From Chiloscyllium plagiosum (Eukaryota): DNA of 64,000 nucleotides. The translations under genes were made by a program, and so were the position numbers. The DNA lies in NCBI RefSeq assembly GCF_004010195.1, contig NC_057718.1, positions 59,268,485 through 59,332,484 on the forward strand, in the 5' to 3' direction. Every line of letters starts with the position of its first letter. Within the stretch, counting starts at the first letter, position 1. This document shows positions 24,858 to 38,930 of this stretch, one piece after another. Under the pieces are notes generated by a model. It saw only the letters and a program-made list of their open reading frames with translations, did not search any database and was not told the origin of the DNA.

Positions 24858-27287
24858 ATGGCTAAGTGTCTTATTAAATGGTGCACCTGGAACATTAAGG
24901 GAAGTCATTCACCTGTTAAAAGGACAAAAGTGCTTTCTAGCCTTAAGAGGGAAAGGGTTGATTTGCTTTGTTGCAGGAAACCCATCTTGATGATGGAGAA
25001 CACCTGAAGTTACAACAGGTGGGTTATGACGAGGAATTCTTTTCATCCTTTACTACTAAAAGTAGGGGAGTGGCGGTACTTATCCAGTAAAATCTTCCAT
25101 TCACATTATTAGAGCAGGTGAAAGATGAGCAGGATGGTTTGTGATACTGAAAGCCCTGATACATGGGGAGGAATATGGCATTTTAAATGTCGACTGTCCT
25201 CCGGCGCATCCCCTCAAATTTTTGATTAGTGCTTTCTCTAAGTTGAGTGCTTTTGGAACATAGAACATTATTATAGGGCGGAGATTTTAATTGTCTTTTG
25301 GATCCAACAGTGGACAGGATGTCTTGTGGGCCCCCAACTATTTCTTTGCAGGCCAAGCAGGTGGTTGACTTATGCAAGGATATGAGGCTCATTGATATTT
25401 GGAGATGTCTTCACCCTACCAGCAAGGACTTCACCTTTTTTTCCAACCCACATAAATGTCACATGAGGATTGACCTCTTTCTGACTCCCTCAGCCCTTCT
25501 GGATTCGATTATGAGTTGTAAAATTGGGAATGTAACTATCTCTGATCACGCGGCAGTATATTTGGAGGTTAAGGCCAAGAGTGAAGGGCTAGGTTTGCGG
25601 CACTGGCGTTTGGACCCTTTTCTTCTTAAGGATACTAAATTTGTGGAATACATTTTGAAGGAGTTTCAGGAATTCTTGACTATCAACTCAGGCACGGCTA
25701 GTGGTCTGTCCATGCTATGGGAGACTGCTAAGGCCTTTGCTGGGGGATTAGCTATTTCCTATTCAGCTAGCCGGAAACGACAGAGGAAGGAACAGCAGCA
25801 TCTACTTGAGACGCAGTTGAAAGCCGTCAAGGCAGCACATTTTGTGCGGTCTTCGCTGACTAAGCTATGGTGGATCTCGGCCCTCCTTGAATTTAATACT
25901 GACACAAAACGCAAAGAAAGAACTTGTTTTTGCTAGACAAAGGCTGTTCGAGTATGGGATATGCCAGGGAAGTATTTAGCGTACCTGACTCGGAAAAAGT
26001 GTGCTCCCCAATCCATTACTGCAATCAGACACAGCGCCGGGGTCCTTACATACGAGCGAAAAAAGATTAATGAATTGTATCGGTATGAAGGTTGCGAAGA
26101 CAGGAGGGCTAAAATGGAGACCTTTTTTAAGAACCTGGACCTCCCAGGGGTAACCTTGGAACAGGCCTCTTTCCTTAATGCCCCCTTGACAGTTCAGGAA
26201 ATACATGAGGCAGCATCAGCAACTTCAGAGTGGGAAAGCGCCTGGCCCTGATGGTCTCCCGGGTGAGTTTTATAAGGAATTTATAGGGATTCTGTCAGGG
26301 TTCTGTTGGAGATGTACAATCACTCCAAATGCATGAACGCCTACCACCATCTTTGAGAGAAGCTAATATTTCCTTAATTCTTAAGAAGGGGAAGGTTCCT
26401 GAGGATTGTGCCTCATACAGGCCCATCTCTCTATTAAATTCAGACTTCAAGATTCTGTCCAAGACCCTGGCACTGAGATTGGAAAGGGTGTTGCCCCATA
26501 TTGTCAAAGAGGACCAGACAGGTTTTATAAGGGGCCGTAGGTCCACGAATAATATTAGAAGGTTGCTGAATATGGTCCAAGTTTGTCAGCAACGATCGGT
26601 TCAGGGGTTGGTGATTTCCTTAGATGCAGAGAAAGCATTTGACTGGGTGGAATGGCCACATCTTTTTTATGTCTTAGAACAGTTCGGGTTGGGTGGAATC
26701 TTTGGTAGGTGGGTGGAGGTTTTATATCGCCACCCTCTGGCTGCAGTCATCACCAAAGGAATGGATTTTAGGATTGGTAGGGATAGTCGGCAAGGCTGCC
26801 CCCTCTCACCGTTGTTGTTTACGTTGGTGATAGAGCCGCTGGCAGAGGCTATTCGTCAGAACGTCCACATAACTGCTCCGGAAGTGGGATTGAGGGCACA
26901 CAAGACTACATTGTATGGGGATGACGTCCTTCTGTTTTTATCGAACCCAATGACCTCTGTACGCCATTTTATACAATGTATCAAGTCAATTGGGGCTATT
27001 TCAGGATATAAGATTAACTTTGCAAAATCAGAGGCTATGCCTTTGGGGAACATTAAGGATGTGCCAGAAGTTGAAGGAGGCTCTAAGTTCCCTTTTAAGT
27101 GGTCACGGGCAGGGTTCCAATACCTAGGCATTTTTATTACCCCCAAGTTTGATCTGTTATTTTGGACTAACTTTGCTCACTTGCTCGACAATATTAAGCG
27201 AGATCTCCAGAGATGGAAGGCTCTTCCAATGTCATGGCTGGGCCGAATATCTCTCATTAAATTAATGTTCTTCCTCGTTTGCTTTTC
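24858..27287 (+). pseudogene. L1 ORF2 (APE endonuclease plus RT), frameshifted
   Basis: TWNIKG, LQETHL, GDFN, RIDLFL, ISDHA; YRPISLLNSDFKILSK, QTGF, SLDAEKAFD, RQGCPLSPLLF, YGDD. Confidence 0.93.
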
Positions 27288-28374
27288 CCATCTCTTTTGT
27301 AATGGCAACCATACTCAACTCAGCCCCCTGACTCCCTTTAATTGTTGGGATATTACTCATGTCTTCCACTGTGAAGAGTGATGCAAAATACTTATTAAGT
27401 TCTCCAGCTATTTCCTTATCTCCCATCACTAGGCTTCCAGCATCAGTTTGAAGTGGCCCAATGTCTAATCCCTCCCCGGATAATCTTTCTTTTCTTGGGG
27501 ATGAACCTCTGTACAGTGTCCTCAATTATACCTACAAACTCCTGCCATTTTTGCTCTACTGTCTTCCCTGCTAGGCTCTGCTTCCAGTTGATTTTCGTCA
27601 GTTCCTCTCTCATGCCCTCATAATTACCTTTGTTTAACTGTAACACCATTACATCCAATTTTGCCTTCTCTCTTTCAAACTGCAGACTGAACTCTACCAT
27701 ATTATGATCGCTGCTTCCTAAATGTTCCCTTACTTTAAGATCTTTTATAAAGTCTGGTTCATTACACAGCACTCGGTCCAAAATAGCCTGCTTCCTTGTG
27801 GGCTCCATGACAAGCTGTTCCAAAAAGCCATCCTGTAACCATTCCAAGAATTCCCTTTCTTTGGATCCACTGGCAACATTATTTATCCAGTCTGCCTGCA
27901 TATTGAAGTCCCCCATGATCACCGTGACCTTGCCTTTCTGACATGCCTTTTCTATTTCCCGGTACATGTTGCGCCCCTGGTCCTGACCACTATTAGGAGA
28001 TCTGTACATAACTCCCATTATGGTTTTTTTGCCTTTGTGGTTCCTCAATTCCACCCACACAGACTCCACATCATCTGACCCTATGTCATTCAGTGCCATA
28101 GATTTAATTTTGTTCTTAACTAACAAGGCCACCCTGCCCCCTCTGCCCACCTCCCTGTCTTTTTGATAAGTTGTAAATCCTTGGATGTTTAACTGCCAGT
28201 CCTGAACCCCCTGCAACCATATCTCTGTGATGTCTACCACATCATAATCATTCACGGTGATCTGTGCCATTAGTTCATCTACTTTGTTACGAATGCTACA
28301 AGCATTCAGGTAAAGTGCCTTAATGCTAACATTCTTATCATTAGAGATATTGGAAGTCATAAGATGTCCTAAGT
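27288..28374 (-). mobile_element. CR1 ORF2 endonuclease fragment inserted into L1
   Basis: ORF 27443-28360 YLNACSIRNK, MGDFN, LGSSDHNM; internal deletion near 27478. Confidence 0.93.
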
Positions 28375-29849
28375 TTAATTATGGAGCACATTTAAACAAT
28401 CCTTAGATAAGCACATGGACTTTTTCACAAACATGGTGCATCATACAACAGACAATTTTTATAAGACATGGCAGCCCTACTGGAGTTATTTGGATATAGA
28501 TTTGTCAGTTATCTTAACTAGGGCATTTGTTTAACCAAGATGGTTATATTTGCCAAGCTCTGGAGGGGGTCTCCTGAGTTAATACGGGTATTTATACAAT
28601 GCCCCCGTTCTTTTGTTTGGGAGCTTTGCACAGAGCATAGCTGTTCTGTATTTTTTTTTGCTTTTCTATCTTTTTTTGATGTTGCTTTGCACAGTGTTAG
28701 GGTTTGTTTTGTATTATAGGATAGGTTAGTAGTTAGTAGACAGTAGTGTATTGTAATTTGTGTTTTTTTTCTTTTAATTATACTGATATTTGTTATTGAT
28801 TGTATTTTTCAATAATTTTATGTTTGTAAAGTTAAAAAAAATTGCTAATACATATACTTACAAAAAAAATTGTTCTGAAAATTGAAATTAAAGTAAACAG
28901 TATCACCAATGTAATTTCAAATATCCTTTTGTTCAAGAGTCCTTTTCTCCTCTATCAGATATTTCTGCTGAACTGGAATGGGAAAAGAGTTTAATTCAGT
29001 CTATGTGTTTGATTTAGTTTTCTCATATTCCAATCTTCCCAAGATATGCTTGGTCTGAACATCATAATCACACCTCAAGTCATAGTAATGTTTAACCACA
29101 TTTCCTATCAAAAGTAAGAATATTTTTGAAAGTGTTGAAATCCACTTATGAAAAAATAACAACTATTATCAGTTCGTTTCAAGTGTGAGGATTAAACAGA
29201 TTAGTCGATTTTAAGTCCCCACCTCTGCACATTAAACTGCCAGGAATGTCAATAGATGAATTGCTTTCAGGGATCTGTGGGCTCACTTATGCCTTTTCAT
29301 AATGGGAGCATAAGTGGAGATGACAAGCTTTGAGAGCTAAGAGTAATGAGCTCTAATTTGGCAAGTTAAAAGGAACTATTGTATTTACACTTTGTTTATC
29401 AGTAAGCAGTAGCTTATGTGAGCATGTGGTGAATGTTAGAGTTTTTATATTTTATCCACTTAACTGGGGCAGTATTTTAAACTGGCATTGGGAAGATATA
29501 AATCTTGCATGAAAGTTATAGCTTGATGGTTACATTATTTAACATAACTACAGATAACATTGGAGAGACATTTATGGAATTGAGACCTGATTTGTTAAAT
29601 AAAACACGAAGACTAGGCAATATATTTGTTGCAGCTATTGTATATCAGAACTGGTGGACATTCTTGTGATCCAAAATAAAACATCTGGAGTAAGTACCTG
29701 ATATTTGAGGGGCTTCAGCTAGGAGCTGATAAGCTGGTGTCTGAGTTACAGAAAATACAGTGCATAAAGGCGGGAGAAAGTTACCTGGACACTTTTTTTT
29801 TGTTTTCCAGAAGGTAGTAATCTCTGTGTCAGATGTGCGATTGAGGCAG

Positions 29850-32800
29850 GTGGACATGTCTGAGAGTGAAATACTTATGGGGACGCTCAAGGGTAATGAT
29901 GGAAGAGCCTCAGTCCTTGCAGTTGTCTAACAGGTTCAAGGTTCTTGTAGCTTGTATGAATGACAGTAGGGACCAAAGGGAAATTACTGATCGCAGAACT
30001 TTCATAAGGGACCATCCAAGTGCAAGGAGTAAAACTGAATGTAGCTGGGGGCTGTTGTCAGCAGCTGGGAGCACAGTGTAACTGTGTGGTGTTAGAAATG
30101 TATTGTTTTTGTTTGGAACTGAACTTGAAGTGGGAGGGGAAGGATCCAGTTTCATACTTCACTTAAGTCACCCAAAAAAGATGTTCTGCTGGGAGTGTCT
30201 GATTCACAAACATCCAACTTACAAAAGCTTATACTTACGAACGTGATCCAAACAGGGGTGGCACTTTGAAGATCTGATATATGAATGTTTCCTGCTCTTA
30301 CAAACTGCTAGTTTATATCATCCCACACTGTGTTCTGATTTGTGTACAAATTGACTTATGAACAGATAAAACAGTCTTTAGCAAATAGAATAAAAGAGAA
30401 CCCTAAAGCTTTCTATGGGTATATGAGGAATAAAAGGATGATTAGGGTAGGAATAGGGCCAATCAAAGACAGAAGTGGGAAGTTGAGTGTGGACCCTGTG
30501 GAGATTGGAGAGGTGCTAAATGAACATTTCTCATCAGTTTTCACTCAGGAAAAGGAGAATATTGTAGAGGAGAAGAACGAAGTACGGGATATTAGACTAG
30601 AAAGGATTGAGGTTAATTATGAACAGGTGTTATCAATTCTAGAAGGAGTGAAAGTAGACAAGTCCCCTGGGCCGGATGGGACTTATCTGAGAATTCTCTG
30701 GGATGCTAGGGAGGAGATAGCAGAGCCTTTGGCTTTGATATTTGAGTCGTCATTGTCTACAGGTTTGGTACCAGAGGACTGGAGGATTGCAAATGTTGTG
30801 CCCTTGTTGAAGAAGGGCAGTAAAGATGACCCAGGTAATTATAGACCAGTGAGCCTTACTTCTGTTGTATGAAAGGTTTTGGAAAGGATTATAAGAGATA
30901 AGATTTATAATCATCTAGCAAGCAACAATTTGATTTCAAATAGTCAACATGGTTTCGTCAAGGGCAGGTCGTGTCCCACAAACCTCACTGAGTTTTTTGA
31001 GAAGGTGACCAAGCATGTAGGTGAGGGTAGGGCAGTTGACGTGGTATGCATGGACTTCAGTAAAGCCTTTGATAAGGTTCCACATGGTAGGCTGTTGGAG
31101 AAAATGCCGAGGCATGGAATTGAGGGTGATTTGGCAGTTTGGATTAGAAACTGGCTTTCTGAAAGAAGGCAGCGAGTGGTGGTTGATGGAAAATATTCAG
31201 CCTGGAGTCCGGTTACTAGTGGTGTGCCACAAGGATCTGTTTTGGGACCACTGCTGTTTGTCATTTTTATAAATGACTTAGACGCAGTCATAGGTGGATG
31301 GATTAGTAAATCTGCAGACGACACTAAAGTCAGTGGAGTAGTGGACAGTGTGGAAGAATGTTACAGGTTGCTGGGGGACTTGGATAAACTGCAGAATTGG
31401 GCTGAGAGGTGGCAAATGGAGTTCAATGTAGTTAAATGTGAGATGATGCACTTTGGGAAGAATAACAGGAAGGCAGAGTACTGGGTCAATGGAAAGATTC
31501 TTGGTAGTGTGGATGTGCAGAGGAATCTTAGATTCCATGTACATAGATCCCTGAAAGTTGCCACCCAGGTGGATAGTGCTGTGAAGAAGGCATACGGTGT
31601 GTTAGGTTTCATTGTAGAGGGATTGAGTTCTGGAGCCGCAATATCATGCTGCAACTATACAAAACGTTGGTGCGGCCACACTTGAAATATTGTGTACAGT
31701 TCTGGTCCCCATATTTTGGGAAGGATGTGGAAGCATTGGAAAAGGTGCAGAGGAGATTTACCAGGATGTTGCCTGGTCTGCAGGGAAGGTCTTATGAGGA
31801 AAGGCTGAGAGACTTGAACCTGTTCTCATTGGCAAGAAGAAGGCTAAGAGGGGATTTGATAGAGACATACAAGAAGATCAGAGGATTAGATAGGGTAGAC
31901 AGTGAAAGTCTTTTTCTGAGGATGATGACATCAGCGTGTATGAGAGGGCATAACTACAAATTGAGGGGTTGATAGATTTAAGACAGATGTCAGAGGCAGG
32001 TTCTTTACGCAGAGAGTGGTAAGGCTGTGGAATGCCCTACCTGCTAACGTAGTCAACTCAGCCACATTAGGGAGATTTAAACAATCCTTAGATAAGCACA
32101 TGGATGATTTTGGGATAGTGTAGGGGAACGAGCTGAGAATAGTTCACAGATCGGTGCAACCTCGAGGGCCGAAGGGCCTGCTCTGTGCTGTATTGTTCTA
32201 TGTTGTATGTTCTAAAAGAAGAGAACCTGTTCACAAGCTGAGAACTGCCTGTATTTAGAAACATGCGGCTTCATTAGAAAGCAGGACCACAAAGATAGTG
32301 ATACGGTGATTACTAACCAAGCCACAAACAAATTTATATAAGGTGAATAATTTCAGAGAGTTGAATAAGATTTGTTCTGAGAGAAATGGATTTTCATTCA
32401 TTGGGTTTGGAATCAACATTGGATTAAGACAGAGTTGTACCACTGAGATAATCTTTACTCAAACTACACTGGGACCTGTGTCCTGGAAATTCTACAACCA
32501 GTGCTTTCGAGTGGGGTTTAAACTCAATATCAAAGGATGTGGAAGTAGGGTTCCATTGGGCAGATTTGGAAAGTTTAAACAGTAGTGATAATGCAATAGT
32601 GCAGGGTAACTGCACAGACAATGGAGACCAGATTGTAACAGGAAGAGAGAGAATTTGTTAAAGTTCACTAGCAACATGGTCATGCTTGGACAACATTGCT
32701 TCAAATAAATGAGGAGGAGAGTTCAAATGAAGGGAGATTTTAGAAGTCCAAAGATAATATTAGACCAGCAGAAAAGGTTATTGATGCAGATGAGGGCAGT

Positions 32801-33430
32801 TAGAAAAGAAGATACAGTGAGTTCTAATGATAAGACAGTTGAACTAGTGGCACAATTAGAAATACGTAATTTGGAACAAATCACCATTATAGACACATTT
32901 CTACAAGCTGACCAAGGTTAGGAAATAACTATTCCAGTATATACAATATTTAAAAAGGCAGAGAGAATGGGGGTGAGAAGGGTTAGTCATGATTATTAAG
33001 GATTTTGACTCAGAAAATCAGCAAGTAGAATCATTAAAAAGGTGGAAAATAGGATTGGCAAAACTCAGAGAATGCTAATGGGAAAAGGTTATATACTCCA
33101 GAGCAGTATTTATATATTGGTCAGAGCACTAAACAAGAATTTATTGGAACTTGTAATAGTTGCAGGGAATTTTAATTTTCATACTGACTGATTAATCAAA
33201 TTGGCAAGTGTAATCTGCAAGATGAATTTGTAGAATGCTTTTGTGATTGTTGCCACAACACATTCCACCAGGAGGCTAAGAATACATTTATTTTGGGGCT
33301 AGAATTGTGTAATGATGCAAAGTTAATTAGTAAAAACTCCAATAGGAAATAGTGATTATAATATAATTGAATATTGCATTAACTTTGAAAATGACACACT
33401 CTGATCAGAACCAAGAATGTTAAAAACTTA
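29850..33430 (+). mobile_element. Old CR1 5' part (ORF1 and EN remnants), interrupted
   Basis: LQLSNRFKVL near 29920; esterase-like ORF1 remnant near 32340-32520; decayed EN (AGNFN, SDYN) at 32800-33420. Confidence 0.6.
30372..32213 (+). mobile_element. Young 5'-truncated CR1/HER1 LINE
   Basis: ORFs 30342-31972: NYRPVSLTS, QHGF, DFSKAFD, GVPQGSVLGP, ADDTK; tandem ttctatg-like tail. Confidence 0.97.
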
Positions 33431-33454
33431 AGAAAAGAAACTGCTATCCTTACC

Positions 33455-33588
33455 TTGTTCTAGTTTACATGTAACTCCAGAGTCACAGCTAATGTGGTTG
33501 ACTCTTTACTGCTCTCTGGGCAATTAGAGATGGGCAATAAGTGCTGGCCTAGCCAGTGACGTCCACATCCTGCAAATGAAAAAAAAAA
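33455..33588 (+). mobile_element. SINE/LINE 3' tail
   Basis: gctggcctagccag..ccacatcc..poly(A) is shared with the end of 46195-46856. Confidence 0.65.
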
Positions 33589-33819
33589 CAAAGTGCAGTG
33601 TGGAACCTCAGAAGGAATGCATGGAGTCAAATATAAAATGAAAGATAAAAGAACAGTTAAAGAATGAATACTAAAAACATGTACCCAACTATGAACTCTG
33701 TAAAGATCATATATTTTTACTTTTCTATATTTTTGCTTGTGGACTGAGCTGGGAAAAGGAATGTTTATAAGCCAAGGATTGTTGAAGGATTGCTGCACTT
33801 TTTAAAAGCAATTTACCTG

Positions 33820-34600
33820 ATGTTTTATTTATACATCTGTTGTTTCAAGTAATGGGAAAGCATCATTACAGACAAGCTCAAGCCAAGGGGTGTGCATGAA
33901 TGGGGATTCTAGTATCAATTTATAGCTAATGGGTCTGTGAAATAGTTACCAGTTATTGATGGCAAGAGTTTCCTGCCTGCAAACAACAACGTGGTTGTTT
34001 CGCTGGTAGCTGAACAGCTTGTGGATGTGAATGTTCAGATCAAAGCCATCAGACCTTGAAGGCAAGAAGCTGTTTTCACTCTGCAGTAAAAAGTGTCACA
34101 AGTTTGAAGATAGCCAATTTATTTCCTGTTATTAGCTGTAATTTTTTAATTAGTAAGTCAGACGCCTTTATAAATGGGAACCAGTCACCCTGTACCCTCT
34201 GAAAACAACTGAAAGCACCTGGAGAAGGAAGATTGAGAAATCAGCTCAGCTGGGCCTGTGGACTGGCATTATTGAGCTGCCTTCCTCGTCTTCCTCTCTG
34301 CTGATTACATTCATTTTATTTTTGTATGTGTGTCTATGTGTGTGTGGAGGGGGACTTCTGGTTTTTAACTGGTAGATTATGAGCTGAAGTTTGACATTTG
34401 TTTATTTATAGTTAGAATTGATCTACTTGTAATTAATAGTAATGAAGTTCAAAATATGGTCTGTGCTTTCTGTAAACTTGGGTTTAAAAGATAGAATTTC
34501 CCAATTTGTCAGTGTACTTTTAAAAATGTTTCATCTATGTGACAATTCTCAGACTAGCAGGGCTTGATTTCTAGTGCACTTCTTGAGTGAGGGTTAACAA
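33820..34600 (+). repeat. Putative solo-LTR-like repeat
   Basis: TG..CA-like ends (tgtttt..gttaaca); loose similarity to 1730-2610. Confidence 0.35.
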
Positions 34601-35639
34601 CTGGAAAGCTACAGATCTACTACCCAAATTCAAAATGTTTAAACAAAGGATGCAAGTATACTTCCTGGAGTCAGTGCAGGTGCAGAATTGGTTAAACAAG
34701 TTGTGGAGATCCTAATTGTGGTCATTATTGAGGGGTGGCACAGAACCAAGATTGTGGCTTATTTGAAGAGTCCATAAAGATATTGCAAAGCTTTGTAAAA
34801 TCAGAGGAGGACCAGCTGCATGTAACAGTCAACTTTAGAATTAAAATTCTTCAAAGAAAACCCACAGGAATCAATGGATCAATTTGTTAGAAGATGGCAT
34901 GTCAAGGGAAAAATAATAAGACTTTGCAGAAGCTGACCTTTGGAGCACACAATGGCATTGGTGGTTGTGTCAACACTTGATGAAATGTTCCAAAAAGACC
35001 TGTTGGAAGCAAAGGAAGGTCACAGAATTGATTCACTGCTAGCGGATGGTAACAAATCATTACAGCTGGGACAACACCTACACTGCAAACATTATTGACT
35101 CTATTTTGGACACAGAAGAGAAACCAAACTGCTTGGCTTGTGCAATCTATCCCACTCAGTGTAAATCTGCCCTGCATGATTTGAACAAAAGGGCACTGTG
35201 CCCACCTTTGCAAAAGACCTGGCTCCTAAGATACAACCAAAGATTACCATAAATATGGCAAGATCATTATCAAACAAACGTGAGCAGAAACATTATCTTA
35301 CAGTACTACCAAACAAGGAAGACAGTCTTGAAAGTGAAGGTTTTGCAGAAAGGGCGAAGAGCATGCATCGTGTAAGATAGTAAGCCAATTGCATTTGGTT
35401 CAAAAATTCTCTTTTAAGCACAATTCAATCACTCCACCAAAATAAGTGAAACTTGCTTGAGTATTTGATTCGCAAGATTATGTATGCACAGTGAATTGCT
35501 TACCAATTACAAATCATTGGAAATGATTTAGTGCAAGCCAGTGACAATTGCACCACTGAACTACAAAAAGTATTGGTGAAAGTGTATTTCATCTGCTACA
35601 AGCCTAGTACCAAAATGATCACCTCAGAGAAACTGAACA

Positions 35640-37640
35640 AAACGTCACGAGGAAAAAGAAACATGGTACGGGGAGGATGAGGCAACCATGGCTGACTAGG
35701 AGAGTCAGGGATAGCATAAAAGCAAAAAAGAAGGCATGTAATGTGGCAAATGACAGTGGGAAACCAGAGGATTGGGAAGCTTACAAAGACCACAGAAGGC
35801 AACAGCAAAAAAAGGGAGAAGATTAAATATGCGGGTAAGCTATCAGTAATATACAAGAAGTCTGTAAGAGTTTTGTTAGATATATGAAGGACAAAAGAGA
35901 GGCAAAAGTGGTTATTGGGCCCTGGAAAATGATGCTGGAGAGTTGGTAGTGGGGAACAAGGAATTGGCTGAGGAACTGAATATTTTCTTCATGTCAGTCT
36001 TCACAGTGGAAGGCATGAGTAATATTCCCAAAATTCAAGAGAGTGAGGGGCAGAGCTGAGTATGGTAGTCATCCCCAAGGATAAGGAGCTAGAAAAACTG
36101 AACGGCCTGAAGGTGAATAAATAACTTGCTCCAGATGGTCTCCACCCCAGATTTCTAAGGGAGATAGCTGAAGAGTTAGTGGCGATCTTTCAGGAATCGC
36201 TAGAGTCAGGGAGGTCCCATAGGAAAACTGCTAATGTGTTTAAAAAGAGAATAAGGCAAAAGATGGAAAATTACAAACAGATTAGCCTAACCTCGGTTGT
36301 GGGTAAGATCCTATAATATATTTTGAAGGATGAGATTTCTGACTACTAGGAAGTGTATGGTATAATAGGGCAAAGTCAGCATGGTTTCATCAAGGGGATG
36401 TCATGCCTGACAAATCTGCTAGAATTCTTTGCAGAAGTAACAAGCAGGTTAGACCATGGAGAACCAATGGATGGTATCTACCTGGATTTCAAGAAGACCT
36501 TTAACAAGGAGCCACACAGGCTGCTGAGTAAGGTTAAGGCCCATAGTGTTAGAGGCAAGGTGCTAGCATGGATAGATCTTGCCTATCTGGCAGAAATCAG
36601 AGAGTGGGGAAAAAAGGGTCCTTCACAGGATGGCAGCCGGTAACAAGTGATGTTTCGCAAGGCTCAGTGTTGGGATCACAACCTTTTACTTTATACATGA
36701 ACAAACTAGACAAAGTAATTAAGGCCATTCTGGCTAGGTTTTCAGATGATACTAAGATAGGTAGAGGGACAGGTAGCATTGAGGATGCAGGGAGGCTGCA
36801 AAAAGATTTGGACAGGTTAGAAGAGTGGGAAAAGAAGTGACAGATGGAGTACAATGTGAGAAAGTGTGAGGTCATGCACTTTGGTAGGAAGAATAGAGGC
36901 ACGGATTGTTTTCTAAATGGGATAAAATTCAGAAGTCTGAAATGCAAAGAGACTTGGGAGTTCTAGTCCAGGATTCTCTGAAGGTAAATTTGCAGGTGGA
37001 GTCAGTAGTCAGGAAGGCAAAAGCAATGATAGCATTTATTTTGAGAAGGATGTAATTCTGAGGCTCTAACAGGGTATGGTCAGATCACATTTGGAATATT
37101 GTGCACAGTTTTGGACCTCTATCTCAAGAAGGATGTACTGGCCCTGGAGCATGTGCAGAGGAGGTTCATAAAATGGTCTCAGGAATGAAAAGCTTAACAT
37201 ATAGAAATGTTTGAGGACTCTGGGCCTGTACTCAATGGAGTTTATAAGGATAAGGGGGGGACCTAATTGAAACTTACAGAATACTGAATGGCCTGGACAG
37301 AGTGGATGTTGGAAAGATGTTTCCATTGATAGAGAGACTAGAACCCAAGGGTACAGCTTTAGAGTAAAAGGGAAGATCTTTTAGAATGGGGCTAAAGAGA
37401 ATCTTCTTCAGCCAGAGAGCGGTGAATCTATGGAATTCATCGCCATAGAAGGCTATGGAGGCCAGGTCTTTGAGTGTATTTAAGACTGAGATAGATAGGT
37501 TCTTGATTGTCAAGGGGATCAAAGATTATGGGCAGAAAACGGGAGAATGGGATAGAGAAACTTATCAGCCATGATTGAATGGCAGAGCACTTGATAGGCT
37601 GAATAGCCTAATTTCTGCTCCTATGTCAGTGGTCTTATGG
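35640..37640 (+). mobile_element. CR1 LINE, 5'-truncated, inside the Gypsy element
   Basis: QHGFIKG.SCLTNLLEFF, QGSVLG, FSDDTK, CR1 3' UTR. Confidence 0.95.
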
Positions 37641-37904
37641 AGCAGATGACAGAATCCAACACAATGTAGACACTCTACTGGATTTACAAGTCAATGGCAT
37701 GAACATTGATTTTGAACAGATTTTGTACCTCAATTTATTGTGTTTTGGTCAGCAAAAAAATAATCACTTTCACCTTCAACTGGAAACAGCTAACGATTCA
37801 CAACTGAAGACATTATGGAAAGTTATCATTGAAGGGTGGCCTGAGTGTAAATGCCACATAAGTCCTCCTGAAATACCATTGCTAGTCCTCACATCTTACA
37901 ATAA

Positions 37905-38014
37905 CTCTTGTGGCATAGTGTCAGTGGCCCTAAGTCTGAGCCAGGAGGCCCAAGTTTAAGCCCCACCTGCTCTATGTAATAATATCGCTGAACACTTTGA
38001 TTTTAAAAATATCT
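37905..38014 (+). mobile_element. Short tRNA-derived SINE, same family as 18227
   Basis: cttgtggcatagtg..ccccacctgct..ctgaaca..aaaaatatct. Confidence 0.65.
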
Positions 38015-38930
38015 TGGACGATGGCCTACTGTGATAAAAAATCTGCCACGTACATTCAGATGCTTATCGCCTTAAATGAATGAGTTCAGTGTCTCAAAAG
38101 GTGCCTTCTTCAAGTATTAGTGCCCACAGCTCTGTGCCAGGATATAGTGTCACAATTACCTCAGAACAAACATGGAATGGAGTTAATGAGACAATTTGCA
38201 TGTGGTATTGTCCATTGCCAGATATTAACTGTGACATCAGAATTAGTGAGAGTATGTGTGGAATTCCAGAGGCACCAGCAACAGCAAAGTAGAACCCCTC
38301 AATACCCACACCAGACTCCATCAGTCCCCTAGTCCAAAATCCCCAGGGAACTGTTTACTGTGAATTTCCAATTATCACAGAGGTAAAGAACACTTCAAGC
38401 ACATCTGTGGCAGACACACTGAGTGTCATAGTCATCTATTGGTACACCTGATGAAATCATTTTTAACAATGGGCAGATTCTCAGGGATAAGTGTGGCATG
38501 TGATTTCCTCACCCAGAGATCATTTGATCTGGATAATGGTCTGCACTGTTAAATTGCTCATCCTGAATGTAGGATGATAAATCCCAAGATTTTTGTGTTG
38601 CCTTGTTGACTCTTCTAGATATACAGTTACCATTGCCAGCAGAGAGCATGTCTGGAAGGCAATGAGAAAGACTTCTGCCAAGACACAAAATTGTGAGATA
38701 CACAATACACTTCTCAAAACAAGGGTAGACGAAGATGCATGACTGGCAAGGAAATGCCAAACTACTTCATTATGCATTGGACAATTGGGGAAAGTCAAAC
38801 ATGCCTGAAAGGGAAGCTAATTACCTGCAGAAATTTCCAACGTACACAATGAGACAGGTTTTATGAAGTCACAGCACCTAACAAAGCAACTCTTAGGAAT
38901 AGAAGCCAACTAAGGAAAGTGTACAGTATG

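Larger units (their letters stand above)
23218..28869 (+). mobile_element. Full-span L1-clade LINE, disrupted, with a 12-bp TSD
   Basis: ORF1, EN and RT, T-rich 3' UTR and poly(A); TSD aaattgttctga at 23206-23217 and 28867-28878, preceded by TTTT (L1 EN-type site). Confidence 0.92.

Noticed and set aside
26329..27381. Functional RT or L1-CR1 fusion protein
   Set aside because: Upstream frameshifts, a YGDD variant, and the C-terminus is antisense CR1 read-through.
30080..30370. Tigger-like DNA transposon piece around the young CR1
   Set aside because: Only a TIR-like end (ctgcctgta near 32250) is visible; no matching second TIR could be confirmed.
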